IMG/VR virus record: IMGVR_UViG_3300032335_000060
Coordinates: 1-26,057 of that record
Direction: 5' to 3' (one strand)
DNA length: 26,057 nt
From: a virus
Lineage: Duplodnaviria > Caudoviricetes
Every line of letters begins with the position of its first letter. The first letter of the stretch is position 1. Positions 15,365 to 24,534 of this stretch are shown one piece after another. The translations under genes and the position numbers were made by a program. The notes under the pieces are model-generated. The model searched no databases. It saw only the letters and a list, made by a program, of their open reading frames with translations, and was not told where the DNA came from.

Positions 15365-15967
15365 TGGCTTGTGATATAGCACATACTCACGTGCCTTGGC
15401 TAGTAGCTCTATGCTGTCGTTAAAAAGACCTAAGCCGCGATTGCAGTTGGAGCAAAGCAGGGCGCGAATTGCGCCTGTCGCGTGGTCATGGTCGATGGCC
15501 AGATCCTTGGTTTTGCCAGAAGCTTTGTCAGGCGAGGTCTCAGGGCGATGGCAGATGGCGCAGACGCCGCCTTGGGCGTGCAGCATCTCTTGGTAGCGAG
15601 CAGCATCGACGCCCGCAGCTTCCCATTTGCGCTGCTTGGCGTAATGCGCATGGCAAAGATCTTTGGCGTATAAGTAGTTATCGCAACCGCTGATTATGCA
15701 GATGCGAGCGGGGCGCTTGCGGTCGGTGTATCTGGTGTGGCCGTGACGTAGCAGACGCTGGTAATGCGCTTTGCACAGCCCCTTGGCTTTAACTGGCTCA
15801 ACGCAGCCTTCTTCAGTGCATTCAGGAAGCTTATCCATAGTACGCGTGCGTACTTCACTCAGCGCAGACCCGCGTTGACGTTGCATGTAATGGGTTAAGC
15901 ATAGGCCACGAGCGTGATGCGTTCTTGAGCAGCCAGCAAACGTGCAGCAGTCATGTTCTTTGCGCAT
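15356..15967 (-). CDS. Free-standing endonuclease VII/HNH-type homing endonuclease with three N-terminal Zn-finger repeats
   Basis: Three C-x4-C...(A)(R/K)xLC-x2-HY repeats, plus QGGVCAIC...LAIDHDHATGAIRALLCSNCNRGLG (EndoVII domain). Confidence 0.85.
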   Translation of the reverse strand: MRKEHDCCTFAGCSRTHHARGLCLTHYMQRQRGSALSEVRTRTMDKLPECTEEGCVEPVKAKGLCKAHYQRLLRHGHTRYTDRKRPARICIISGCDNYLYAKDLCHAHYAKQRKWEAAGVDAARYQEMLHAQGGVCAICHRPETSPDKASGKTKDLAIDHDHATGAIRALLCSNCNRGLGLFNDSIELLAKAREYVLYHKPLG

Positions 15968-16017
15968 AAAAAAAATCCCCTTCCGATGTAGGTTTGTAGC
16001 CTAGTATCGGAAGAGGA
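15968..16017 (-). terminator. Intrinsic terminator hairpin that also covers the endonuclease RBS
   Basis: UCCUCUUCCGAU...AUCGGAAGGGGA stem followed by U8, immediately before the AUG at 15967. Confidence 0.7.
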
Positions 16018-16026
16018 CTTTTGCAA
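15998..16026 (-). promoter_or_regulatory. Putative sigma70-like promoter overlapping the 5' arm of the hairpin
   Basis: TTGCAA-N17-TAGGCT on the minus strand (-35 at 16026-16021, -10 at 16003-15998). Confidence 0.4.
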
Positions 16027-16033
16027 GCGTTTA

Positions 16034-16057
16034 AAAGTGGCGGAAATCCGCTACTTT
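16034..16057. terminator. Small hairpin immediately after capsid gene stop
   Basis: aaagtggcgga-aa-tccgctacttt inverted repeat with one mismatch. Confidence 0.4.
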
Positions 16058-16058
16058 A

Positions 16059-16976
16059 TTAGACGCCCGGTGTACCGTAGATACCACGCGGGTCAGTCCA
16101 TCCGAACGCATACCTTTCGGTCGCCTTGTAGCGCATGCTGTCGGTTTCGAAGTCGCCTTCCATGGACTTTTCAAGACCACGACGCATGGCGAGCTTCAGG
16201 CCTTCAGGCGCATCGGTCTCAACCCACCAAGCGGTGGACGAAGTGATACGCGAGAGGTTGGCCTGACCTTCCGCCAACAGCCCCATGGATTTCACGGGGT
16301 TGATATCGTTGTCAGCAGTACCAGTGCGGAGAACCGACTTCAGCAAGACTTCAGCTTGGAAGACGTTGCTAGGACCAGCGACGATCTTCTTAGGCGTCAA
16401 ACGGATGCGCTTGCCGTTGTTATCAACAGCGTTGCGGATCTGGATGAGAAGCTGCTCGAGCGACGTCTGCGAAAGCGCAGCAGCCGTGTTGAGCTGGTTG
16501 CTGAAGGTAGCACCGTTAGCAAGCGGGTGGTTGGTGGCCACAAGCGAAACGCCGTCGCCGCCGACATACGAACCGTTGAAAGCACGGTTCAGGATGTTTG
16601 CGCCAAGGGTTTCTTTCGTTTCGATCAGCGACTGTGCAAGGTGACGAGCATAGGTCTGACCGATACGGATGTGGTCGCCGTCTTCGACGAGCACCTTCGT
16701 CAGCGCGAATGCAAGGCCGTAGACCTTGTAGACGTAACGCTGAATGAAGAGCACGCCACCCGACTGATAGGTGACCGGCATGCCGTCTGGAAGTTCCGGT
16801 GCAGCACCGAAACCGTACAGGACGGGTTCTTCATGGTAGTTGCGAGCAATGCCTTGGAAGGTCTTGAAGACCTGCGCATACTCGTCGGCCCGCTGGTCGT
16901 AGATGCCATTGAACTCTTCGTTCAGGATGGGCTCTACAATAGAGCGGAAGTCTGTACTTCTCATTGGGGTAGCCAT
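16059..16976 (-). CDS. Major capsid protein (HK97 fold, Mu gpT-like family)
   Basis: SD AGGAGG; 305 aa; GFGAAPELPDG, YGLAFALTKVLVED, NRAFN...GGDGVSL...HPL, GKRIRLTPKKI, DFETDSMRYKATERYAFGWTDPRG; position after scaffold and cement genes. Confidence 0.9.
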   Translation of the reverse strand: MATPMRSTDFRSIVEPILNEEFNGIYDQRADEYAQVFKTFQGIARNYHEEPVLYGFGAAPELPDGMPVTYQSGGVLFIQRYVYKVYGLAFALTKVLVEDGDHIRIGQTYARHLAQSLIETKETLGANILNRAFNGSYVGGDGVSLVATNHPLANGATFSNQLNTAAALSQTSLEQLLIQIRNAVDNNGKRIRLTPKKIVAGPSNVFQAEVLLKSVLRTGTADNDINPVKSMGLLAEGQANLSRITSSTAWWVETDAPEGLKLAMRRGLEKSMEGDFETDSMRYKATERYAFGWTDPRGIYGTPGV

Positions 16977-16990
16977 TGTTCAAGCCCTCC

Positions 16991-17566
16991 TTAAATAGCG
17001 GCCTTATCAGCGACAAACTGGTGTTCGCTGATTTGGACTTCAACAGTGAGATACGTGTCTGTTGCGGTATCTTCCACAGCGTCGCTGAGGCCGATGAGAC
17101 GTACAGATGCGTTGGCGGCAGCAGACGCAACATCAAGCGCAGCAGACGACAGACCCGTCGTGGTATTACCCACAAGCGTGTTTGCGAAGTCATACTGCTT
17201 ACCGATGTCAGCAACAACGACGTTAGCGTTCGTCTGCACTTGGTAGACGATTGCCGGGTCAGTCGTGACATAGGCAGTGATGGTGGTTGCCGAAGTGGAC
17301 GCAGTCCACTTGTTGCTCACGCGATAGCGGCCGTCGCTATCTGTGAACTCCACACCCTGGAACGTGCCAATGAAAGCTTCGCCCGTTGCAGCAGCAACGA
17401 TCGTGCCTTCAGTTTGGCCGCCACCTGTAGATGGGGCAATCCGAACCGGTTGGTTCTGGAAGATATTGACCGCGTACCCCGTCGCGATGGTGTAAGCCAC
17501 CGGACGGATCACACCTGATGGGTGTGACGAGGGACGCAGGCCAAACGGCTGAGCAGTCGTAGTCAT
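16991..17566 (-). CDS. Capsid cement/decoration-like protein
   Basis: PFGLRP N-terminus, IGTFQGVEFTD, V-x-x-DPAIVYQVQ, GNTTTGLS; immediately upstream of the capsid gene. Confidence 0.65.
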   Translation of the reverse strand: MTTTAQPFGLRPSSHPSGVIRPVAYTIATGYAVNIFQNQPVRIAPSTGGGQTEGTIVAAATGEAFIGTFQGVEFTDSDGRYRVSNKWTASTSATTITAYVTTDPAIVYQVQTNANVVVADIGKQYDFANTLVGNTTTGLSSAALDVASAAANASVRLIGLSDAVEDTATDTYLTVEVQISEHQFVADKAAI

Positions 17567-17601
17567 AGCCTTTTATCCTTTGATGGTTAAGAAACCGACC
17601 A

Positions 17602-18144
17602 TCAGTCAAAGATGCCTCTGGTCGGAGCGTAATCGCCCACATCCCGCATCCCATCACTTTCCAGTAGTCTGCCACCAGCTCGTTCAGCTTGCTCACGCAT
17701 GAGCGTGGCTGTCTCTTCGAGCTTTTCCTCTTCACGCAACGGGGCGTCGTGGTGAGCTTCCTGCATGTACCTGTAATACAGGGACAATGGTAGCTTAGCC
17801 GCGAGCATCTCGTTAACCGCAACGCAACCAGCGTACTCGCCAGTTTTTTGCGTGACTAGTTCCATGCCCGGCACATCTTCAGCGCGTATCAACTCGTAAC
17901 CGAGCCGTGAGCGCTGTTGGATGGTGTCGGACTTGTTAGTCGTCGTGAGCCAGCAAACATGATAACCCGGAATGTCGGGGATATTCGGTAAATGGTCGTT
18001 GTATAGGTTCATTCGGAACATCTCGAGCCGCTCATCATCTGTCATCTCGCGGTTTTCCGTAATGCTACGGTCCTCCGCTGCACGACTTTGCCGGCTATTC
18101 CCAAGTTCCTTCTTGAGACGGTCATCCATACGTTCTTCGGTCAT
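17602..18144 (-). CDS. Conserved head-module hypothetical protein
   Basis: SD AAGGAG; PGYHVCWL...RLGYELI...EMLAAKLP pattern; lies between scaffold and cement genes. Confidence 0.75.
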   Translation of the reverse strand: MTEERMDDRLKKELGNSRQSRAAEDRSITENREMTDDERLEMFRMNLYNDHLPNIPDIPGYHVCWLTTTNKSDTIQQRSRLGYELIRAEDVPGMELVTQKTGEYAGCVAVNEMLAAKLPLSLYYRYMQEAHHDAPLREEEKLEETATLMREQAERAGGRLLESDGMRDVGDYAPTRGIFD

Positions 18145-18159
18145 TAGCTCTCTCCTTTT

Positions 18160-19113
18160 CTAGCGAGCTGTGTTTTCACGATCATAGGCCTGATACGCCT
18201 TCAAGTAACGGGTGCGGGCGACAGGGTCATCCCACACTCCGGCGTCGATCATAGCCTGTTTTCTTTCCGCTGTCACTACCACTTCGTTTTTAGTCGAAAC
18301 AGGTGCGTGTTCACGGGTTGTGCCTGTCGGCGGAGCCTTGCGGCGCGGTGCCGCTTGGTTACGCGCAGGGGCACCATCGTCGCCAATCCGCGAAGCAACG
18401 CGGCGTGTCAGCTCGTGCCAGTACTCTTCAGAGGACGGGTTCCAGCCTTCGGCCGCAAGCGAATTGTCAATCGCTTTGGTGACTGCGCTGTCCTCGTCGC
18501 GGCCCTGTGGGTTGTACCACGGGTTCGCGTCAAGCCACTGCTTGGCGTAGTCCACGACGCGAGGGTCGGCCTGCGGCTGTGCCGCCTGCTGTGCGTACTG
18601 CTCAGCTTGCTGCTTGGCATAGCCAAGCTGCTGGGCACGCTCCTTGGCCTCGTCACGCAAACGCAGAGCAACAGACACGTCATCGCCGTTGCCGGCTTCG
18701 ACTGCGCGGGCAATGATAGTCTCAGCTTGCTGCGCTTCGTAAAGCGCCCGCTGATACTGCTGGTCGATCGTCTGAGCTTGCTGCGAGAGCGTGTTGCCCT
18801 CGACGGCGCGCAGACGTGCCTCCATTGCCGAGTTCTGTTGACGCAGGTATTCGAGCTCACGCTGCGAGCGCTCCTTAGCCTGCTTCTGAAGCTGCCGCCG
18901 CTTAGTGCGTTGATCGCGGACCTTCTTGTTCTTATCGACGATCTCGTCTTCGCTGTCGTCTTCCGAGACGCCAGTGCGCTCGTCCTCGTCAGCGTCGTCG
19001 TCATCATCATCGTCCAGCTCGTTAGCCGGAGCGTCGTCTTCCTGAGCTTCCGGCTCCGTGCCGGGCTCGACGATTACCAACTCTTCGTCGTCTTCATGTT
19101 TTACTTCAGCCAT
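18160..19113 (-). CDS. Capsid scaffolding protein (putative)
   Basis: Very acidic N-terminus, long coiled coil, W-x3-NPWY motif and a short C-terminal helical domain; SD AAGGAG. Confidence 0.7.
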   Translation of the reverse strand: MAEVKHEDDEELVIVEPGTEPEAQEDDAPANELDDDDDDDADEDERTGVSEDDSEDEIVDKNKKVRDQRTKRRQLQKQAKERSQRELEYLRQQNSAMEARLRAVEGNTLSQQAQTIDQQYQRALYEAQQAETIIARAVEAGNGDDVSVALRLRDEAKERAQQLGYAKQQAEQYAQQAAQPQADPRVVDYAKQWLDANPWYNPQGRDEDSAVTKAIDNSLAAEGWNPSSEEYWHELTRRVASRIGDDGAPARNQAAPRRKAPPTGTTREHAPVSTKNEVVVTAERKQAMIDAGVWDDPVARTRYLKAYQAYDRENTAR

Positions 19114-19141
19114 GACCGGCTCCTTTCGTTAGCCTTATGGA

Positions 19142-19570
19142 TCACACGAAGGCCTTCATCGCGAGCGGGTCGCCCGTGACTTTGCCAATGAGATCCAGAT
19201 CGTTGAGGATTACGAAGATGATCTCCTGATCATCGTCGATCTTAACTGTCCACTTATCGCCGCCGTATTTGGGGACGCGGACAAAGTCCCCTGGCAGTGC
19301 CCACGAACCCTCAGGCCAAGCCTCTTGGGTGTTGCGGTTCTTGTACGCCAAGTCGCCAACCGCCACCACCCTGGCAACCTGCGTGTTCCAAGTCTCTGTG
19401 TCCTTGGTATCGCCGGTCAAGATGATGCCGCCAGCCGTCTTCCTCTTTGCCAGACGGATCTGACAAAGCACGCGGCTGCCGAAAGGTTGAACGCCGGGGT
19501 CGACGGCCGGGAAGGCCTCATCGATATTGGCGTAATCAAAACTTACTTTATTCAAAACATAGTCTTGCAT
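19142..19570 (-). CDS. groES: GroES-like co-chaperonin
   Basis: Start at ATG 19570 (SD AAGGAG); PFGSRVL, KTAGGIIL mobile loop, ARVVAVG, GDFV...KYGG, ILNDLDLIG. Confidence 0.85.
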   Translation of the reverse strand: MQDYVLNKVSFDYANIDEAFPAVDPGVQPFGSRVLCQIRLAKRKTAGGIILTGDTKDTETWNTQVARVVAVGDLAYKNRNTQEAWPEGSWALPGDFVRVPKYGGDKWTVKIDDDQEIIFVILNDLDLIGKVTGDPLAMKAFV

Positions 19571-19589
19571 GGGTGCTCCTTCCTGCAAG

Positions 19590-19784
19590 TTATAGGTCAA
19601 ACTCCTTCCGCTCTTTCTCAGCCACCATGTCGATCAACGCGGTTTTGGCTAATTCCAGACCGGAATACATACCCACGACCCGTCCATACTCGAACGTGTC
19701 GCGGGATTGAGGCTGCGCCAGCGCCTCACGGGCAAGGTCTGCCTGTGATTGCTCCAGTCGCTGTAGCAGGGTCTCAATTCTCAC
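19590..19784 (-). CDS. Small helical head-module protein
   Basis: GTG start overlapping the upstream stop (GTGA); EYGRVVGMYSGL helix pattern; follows the portal. Confidence 0.7.
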   Translation of the reverse strand: MRIETLLQRLEQSQADLAREALAQPQSRDTFEYGRVVGMYSGLELAKTALIDMVAEKERKEFDL

Positions 19785-19906
19785 GCAGGCGTCTTAGGCG
19801 TCGACGGGACCTTAGGCATCTCGCCCATGGCCATCCGCTTGTGCTGCTTTACGCCTTCGCCCATCTGGGCGACTTGGCTTGGTTTAGGTTTATCGCTCTT
19901 AGCCAT
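19781..19906 (-). CDS. 41-aa basic hypothetical protein
   Basis: Not in the ORF track; SD AAGGAGG then MAKSDKPKPSQVAQMGEGVKQHKRMAMGEMPKVPSTPKTPA*. Confidence 0.65.
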   Translation of the reverse strand: MAKSDKPKPSQVAQMGEGVKQHKRMAMGEMPKVPSTPKTPA

Positions 19907-19916
19907 TGCGGCCTCC

Positions 19917-22514
19917 TTACGGTTGCGGGTTAATCCCGGTGCCTGTGGACACCGCGATGCGTTCGCCTGTTTCGACTTCGAGCTGTGCCAGCTCCAGGGC
20001 CGTCAGGTTGTCTTGCGTATTCATAGCCTGGCGCACTTGCAGCTCGGCCGTCTTGCGCTGGGTCTCAGCCTCTTGGCGCTGCTGGTCAGAGGCCATGCGC
20101 GCCTGCATCTGCTGCGCATCGAGCTGAAGCTTAGCCGCGTCCATCTGCGCCTTCTGCTGCGCGTCCTGCGCATCGAGCTGAAGCTTGGCCGCGTCCATCT
20201 GCGCCTTCTGCTGTGCGTCCTGCGCCGTGAGCTGGAGCTTCTGCGCGTCGATTGCCGAACGCTGCTGATCGCGCTGCGCCTGCATCTGCATCTGCTGCTG
20301 TACGAGCTGCACGTTCGGGTCCATCGGAGGCTGCGGTGCAAGCTGCTGCATGATCTGCTGCGCCTGCGCAATGACAGGCGGCAGCGATGCGAACACGTTG
20401 GCCGCCTCGGCTGCCACGGTCTGGGACGCCTCGGCCAACATGGCGTCGAACGCCCGCTTGGCTTCGGGGTCGCGGATCTCTTTGAGCATGTCGCCGATGT
20501 CCTCGCCGGTCGCCTCGGTGCCCAGGTCGAATACGCTGGTAGCGTACCAGAGCGCGATGTGCTCCTTGAGGTGGTTGAGGATCGCCGGGATGAACGTCGG
20601 TGCGATGAGCGGGTTCATGCCCAGCGCCGGGTTCATCAGATACGCAAGGTGCGTCTTGAGGTGGGCGATGTGGTCCTGCTCGGGGAACGCCACGATCGGC
20701 CGGGCCATAGTCGCGGCCACGTTCTCGTTCACCGCGTTCTGCTCCTTCGGCTCCAACGCCGGGTTGAGCAGATCCTTGGCGTTCGGGATCTTCAGCGTCT
20801 CGAGGATGCGCTCCTCGACCTTGCGCTGGTTGTAGAGTTGCGGCAGCGCCGCGCTGCGTTGTGCCACCGCCTGCACCTGAGCAAAGCGCTGCGCCTCGCT
20901 GAAGATGTTCGGGTCGGACACAGGCACCACATCAAGCGGGCCTTCGAAGTCTTGACGCGTCGCCAGCTCCTCGCCGACCTCGTCCTCGATGTCCTCGTCG
21001 TTGAGGTACATCGCGTTGAGGCGGTGCAGGATGCCAAGCAGCTTGGCCATGCTGTTGTGCATGCGCGCATGGATGGCGCTGAACACGACCATGCCCTGCT
21101 CGAGCTTAGCAAGCGTTGTGCCAACAGGCGCGTTCGGGTTACCGTCGGCGATGTCCTCCATCGTCGTGCGGATGACGCCCTTGCCAGCGTCGACCAAGAA
21201 GCCAAGCAGGCTGAACAGCACTGGGTTGGGCGGCGAGTAAGGCAGAGGCATGATCAGCTTGCGGATGTCGTCCGCAGCCATGCCGCCCTCGATCTCCATG
21301 ACCTGCGTCGGTTGGATCTCAAGCGACTGGCCGCCCTTCGAGCCCCCCTTCAGCTTGAGCATCGTCTGCGAATTGCTGATGTGCGCCGCGTCGAGCAGCG
21401 CACGCAGCGCGCCAGTTGCGGCAGCAGATAGACCGCCGACCATGTGCGGCAGGCCGATCGGGTACGCACCGCGCCACGGCACGAATGGGAACTCGACGAA
21501 CCACTGAAGCTCTTCTTGCGCGTCGTCTAGCTCGTCCCAGTTGCGGTAGATGCTGAGCACCTTCGACGTCGTCTTGTCCACCGTGATGATGTAAGGCAGC
21601 GCCTCATCACCCTCGATGTCGGAGATGACGTAGATCTCATAGACGGTGCGTAGACCGTCCTCGTTGTAGCTGCTCTCGTCGCGGCCCTCGATCTTCATGT
21701 TGGCCTTCTCGGCCTTCGAGAATTCGGGCTCCATGCTGACAGGCGCCAGGTCGACGTCGCGGTACATGCCCTGCTTGACGCGGCGCTGATAGTCGAGCTG
21801 CGTCAGATACTGGACGTGCGTCTTGCGCTGCGCCGAATAGAAGTTGGTCGCGGCGAACGGCAGGTACATGTCGTCGATCGCGACGAACAGGAAGTCCGGC
21901 CGGTTGCGCGGTTCGTTCCACGTCACCTTCATGTACTGTGCGCCGCCGAGCGGCACCTGCGTCAGTAGCTGCTCGAGCTCTGCGCGGAACTCAGGCGACT
22001 GCGTCGTGAGCTGCCAGTTCATGAAGTCGGTCTTGCGCTTGGCCTTCTTGACCTTGTCGCCTGACGGCTCGCCGGGGATGAAGTCCTTGACCGGTCCCTG
22101 CGGCGGGAACAGCTCTTTGATCGCCCGCGCCGAGAAGTCAACGCAAGCCTCGGTCAGCATCGGGTGCACAACCTTGGTCGCGCCCTGGAACTGCGCACCG
22201 CCCGGTGCGTCGTCGCCCAGGCCAGTGCGGCGGAGGCCCTCTTCGTACTGCTCGTCGCGCTTCTTGCGCGCCTGCTTGTCCTTGCCGACCACGTCGAGAT
22301 AGGTGCGTGCGATCTCGGACAGCTCGCTCTCGGACATCGTCTCGGCCAGGTTGGCGTAGAAGTCATCGGAGCGTGCGTCGCCCTCGCCGTCGTCCATGCG
22401 CACGATCGCGCCGCCGTCTTCGGTGTCGATGACGCTATCGTCCTCGTCGTCGGGCAGCTCGATTATCTCGCCAGTAAGGATGTTCTCGTCTTCGTCCATG
22501 GCCTCGTCCTTCAT
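19917..22514 (-). CDS. Portal protein with long Gln-rich C-terminal coiled coil
   Basis: 865 aa directly after TerL; VHPMLTEACVDFSARA, FMNWQL, NAPVGTTLA motifs; helical barrel-like tail. Confidence 0.88.
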   Translation of the reverse strand: MKDEAMDEDENILTGEIIELPDDEDDSVIDTEDGGAIVRMDDGEGDARSDDFYANLAETMSESELSEIARTYLDVVGKDKQARKKRDEQYEEGLRRTGLGDDAPGGAQFQGATKVVHPMLTEACVDFSARAIKELFPPQGPVKDFIPGEPSGDKVKKAKRKTDFMNWQLTTQSPEFRAELEQLLTQVPLGGAQYMKVTWNEPRNRPDFLFVAIDDMYLPFAATNFYSAQRKTHVQYLTQLDYQRRVKQGMYRDVDLAPVSMEPEFSKAEKANMKIEGRDESSYNEDGLRTVYEIYVISDIEGDEALPYIITVDKTTSKVLSIYRNWDELDDAQEELQWFVEFPFVPWRGAYPIGLPHMVGGLSAAATGALRALLDAAHISNSQTMLKLKGGSKGGQSLEIQPTQVMEIEGGMAADDIRKLIMPLPYSPPNPVLFSLLGFLVDAGKGVIRTTMEDIADGNPNAPVGTTLAKLEQGMVVFSAIHARMHNSMAKLLGILHRLNAMYLNDEDIEDEVGEELATRQDFEGPLDVVPVSDPNIFSEAQRFAQVQAVAQRSAALPQLYNQRKVEERILETLKIPNAKDLLNPALEPKEQNAVNENVAATMARPIVAFPEQDHIAHLKTHLAYLMNPALGMNPLIAPTFIPAILNHLKEHIALWYATSVFDLGTEATGEDIGDMLKEIRDPEAKRAFDAMLAEASQTVAAEAANVFASLPPVIAQAQQIMQQLAPQPPMDPNVQLVQQQMQMQAQRDQQRSAIDAQKLQLTAQDAQQKAQMDAAKLQLDAQDAQQKAQMDAAKLQLDAQQMQARMASDQQRQEAETQRKTAELQVRQAMNTQDNLTALELAQLEVETGERIAVSTGTGINPQP
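20112..20225. repeat. 54-bp tandem duplication in portal tail
   Basis: ctgcgcatcgagctgaagctt(a/g)gccgcgtccatctgcgccttctgctg(c/t)gcgtc x2, encoding DAQQKAQMDAAKLQLDAQ. Confidence 0.9.
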
Positions 22515-23983
22515 ACGGCGTAGGGATTTACCACCGGCTTAGGCGGCGGCGTTGTGATTTCGTCTTTGCGTGCTTGTACAGCATCAAGCAGTCGCTTGTC
22601 CATGCACAGTCGCAAGGCCTGCGTCGTGCTGTCCACAAAGTCGTCGTGCTTGATGCTGTTCGGCCCGGTGTAGCTGCACAGTTGGTGCAGCATCGGGTCG
22701 ATCCAGTTGCGCGGCCGGCCGGGGTGCGACGCGCTCTCAGGCAGCCAGACCATCTTGCGTGCGAAGATCGGCGACACGATGTGCAGACGCGTCAGCTTGT
22801 CAGCTCGCCCTGGGTTGTATGCGTAGGCCTCGAGGCCCTCGCGCTCTAGCATCTGGCGCAGGCTGATGCCGCTGCCCTTGTCTTCGATCAGCAGGATGTC
22901 AGGCTTGCGCCCGGACGTGAGCGGCTTGCTCGATCCGAACATCGGCTTGATCAGCGCGTTGTCGTCGTCATCGCCGTACGCGATGTTCATCTCTTTCCTC
23001 ACGCGCCGGATCAGGTCGGGCATGCCCAGGTGCTCTTCCCAACAGTCGAGCAGCATGATGTTGTTGCGCTTCTCGTGATGGAACACGCCCCAAACCGTGC
23101 AGGCTGTCGGGTCAGGGTCGCCCTTCTTCTTGTCGTATGTCTGTTCGGTGAACGCCGTGTCGAGCGACAGGATGACCAGGTCGAAGCGCGGCATCGGCTT
23201 GTCGTGTGGCCACAGCCGGAACTGGCTGCGCTTGACGATGCCGCTCTCTTCAGGATCGATCAGCTCGCCGTACAGCTCTTGCCGGCCGAGCGTCGTGCCC
23301 TCGTACTGTTGAAGCTGGTCGAAGAAGCTGTCGGGCAGGTTCGTCTTGTTGTCGTACGTTGAGCCAGCCACGATCAACCGGCCGGCGTTCGGCGCGGTGA
23401 GCTTGCGGATGATGTCCTTGGGCCTGGGCGTCGTGGTCCACAGCACTTGCGGCTTGTCGCCCAGGCGCAGGCCCATCATGGCCATGTCCCACACGTCGTC
23501 GTACGGCCAGGCGGCCAGCTCGTCAGCCCAGATGCGCGTGTGCTGCGGGCCGCGTAAGCGCTCAGGCTTCTCAGCCGTGAAGCCGCGTATCAACGATACA
23601 CCGCCTGTGCAGTTGAACATCTCGATCGTCATGTCGGTCTTGTTATATGCTTTGATCAGCTCAGGCGGAATGATGTCGAGCAGCCCGTTCTCGAAGCAGG
23701 TGAACTTCACGTCCTGATAGGTCGGCGCAATCACCGCGCTGTCGAACCCCGATGGATCCAGAAATACTTTCCGTGCCAGCCACTCTGCTCCGACGCGCGT
23801 CTTACCGTAACCGCGCCCTGCCAGATAGCCGCACTCGGTAAACTGCGGGTCTTTGCCTTGGAGCTTCGCCGCCACTTCAGGGACTTGATTAGGCCGCGCT
23901 GTCTTTCCCCAGCGCTTCTGCCAGACGAGGAAGCGTGCCTGCTTGTCATCGAGGCGCGACAGGACGGATGCATCAACGGTCAC
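22511..23983 (-). CDS. terL: Terminase large subunit
   Basis: Walker A GRGYGKT, Walker B IWADE, coupling motif TTTP, nuclease LSLDTA...IEDKGSG...HDDFVDS. Confidence 0.95.
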   Translation of the reverse strand: MTVDASVLSRLDDKQARFLVWQKRWGKTARPNQVPEVAAKLQGKDPQFTECGYLAGRGYGKTRVGAEWLARKVFLDPSGFDSAVIAPTYQDVKFTCFENGLLDIIPPELIKAYNKTDMTIEMFNCTGGVSLIRGFTAEKPERLRGPQHTRIWADELAAWPYDDVWDMAMMGLRLGDKPQVLWTTTPRPKDIIRKLTAPNAGRLIVAGSTYDNKTNLPDSFFDQLQQYEGTTLGRQELYGELIDPEESGIVKRSQFRLWPHDKPMPRFDLVILSLDTAFTEQTYDKKKGDPDPTACTVWGVFHHEKRNNIMLLDCWEEHLGMPDLIRRVRKEMNIAYGDDDDNALIKPMFGSSKPLTSGRKPDILLIEDKGSGISLRQMLEREGLEAYAYNPGRADKLTRLHIVSPIFARKMVWLPESASHPGRPRNWIDPMLHQLCSYTGPNSIKHDDFVDSTTQALRLCMDKRLLDAVQARKDEITTPPPKPVVNPYAV

Positions 23984-24468
23984 TTGCCTTCGGGTGTCTT
24001 GATCGCCAGGTCGGCCAGCTCTGACATGAGCTCAGGCGACACGAGTGACACTTCGGCCTTGAGGGTCTCGCCCGGTTTGTTGCCGACGTCGACCGTCTGC
24101 TTCTCGCCGTACTTCCCCGGGCTCCACTTGGCCAGGAGCTTGAGGCGCGTCTCGATGCGCAACTTGCTGCGCTGCACATGCTCGCTGTCCATTACGACAT
24201 CGACCGAGCCATCCTGCCGCTTGCGCTCGACCCAATCGTTGGTGCCGTCGTCCGCAATGTCGAGGATGTCCTCGGCGATAGCGTCGAAGCCCAGCTCGCG
24301 CGCGTGCGCGATGCGTGCGGCAAGCTCCTCGTCCGCTGCGATCCAATCGTACACAGTCCGCCAACTCGGCATGCCATCCTGACGGCACAACTCACGCAAA
24401 GGGATGCCGTCACACAGCCCTTCGATGATACGCGTCTCGACTTCGGGAGTTCGTTTCGTCTGACCCAT
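23980..24468 (-). CDS. terS: Terminase small subunit (Sf6 gp1-like)
   Basis: HTH (LRELCRQDGMPSWRTVYDW), IAEDILDIADD, RSKLRIETRLKLLAKWSPGKYGEK. Start uncertain (24468, 24477 or 24531). Confidence 0.9.
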   Translation of the reverse strand: MGQTKRTPEVETRIIEGLCDGIPLRELCRQDGMPSWRTVYDWIAADEELAARIAHARELGFDAIAEDILDIADDGTNDWVERKRQDGSVDVVMDSEHVQRSKLRIETRLKLLAKWSPGKYGEKQTVDVGNKPGETLKAEVSLVSPELMSELADLAIKTPEGK

Positions 24469-24534
24469 TGTCTGCATGCTCCGCTTCTTGGCAGGACTAC
24501 CAGACCGCCTAGATAGCACCTCGAGCGACACATC

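Noticed and set aside
19827-21431. 534-aa plus-strand ORF and other long antisense ORFs (1045..1785, 13808..14761, 18307..19179)
   Set aside because: They are shadows of GC-rich minus-strand genes, with Arg/Leu/His-biased composition and no recognisable motifs.
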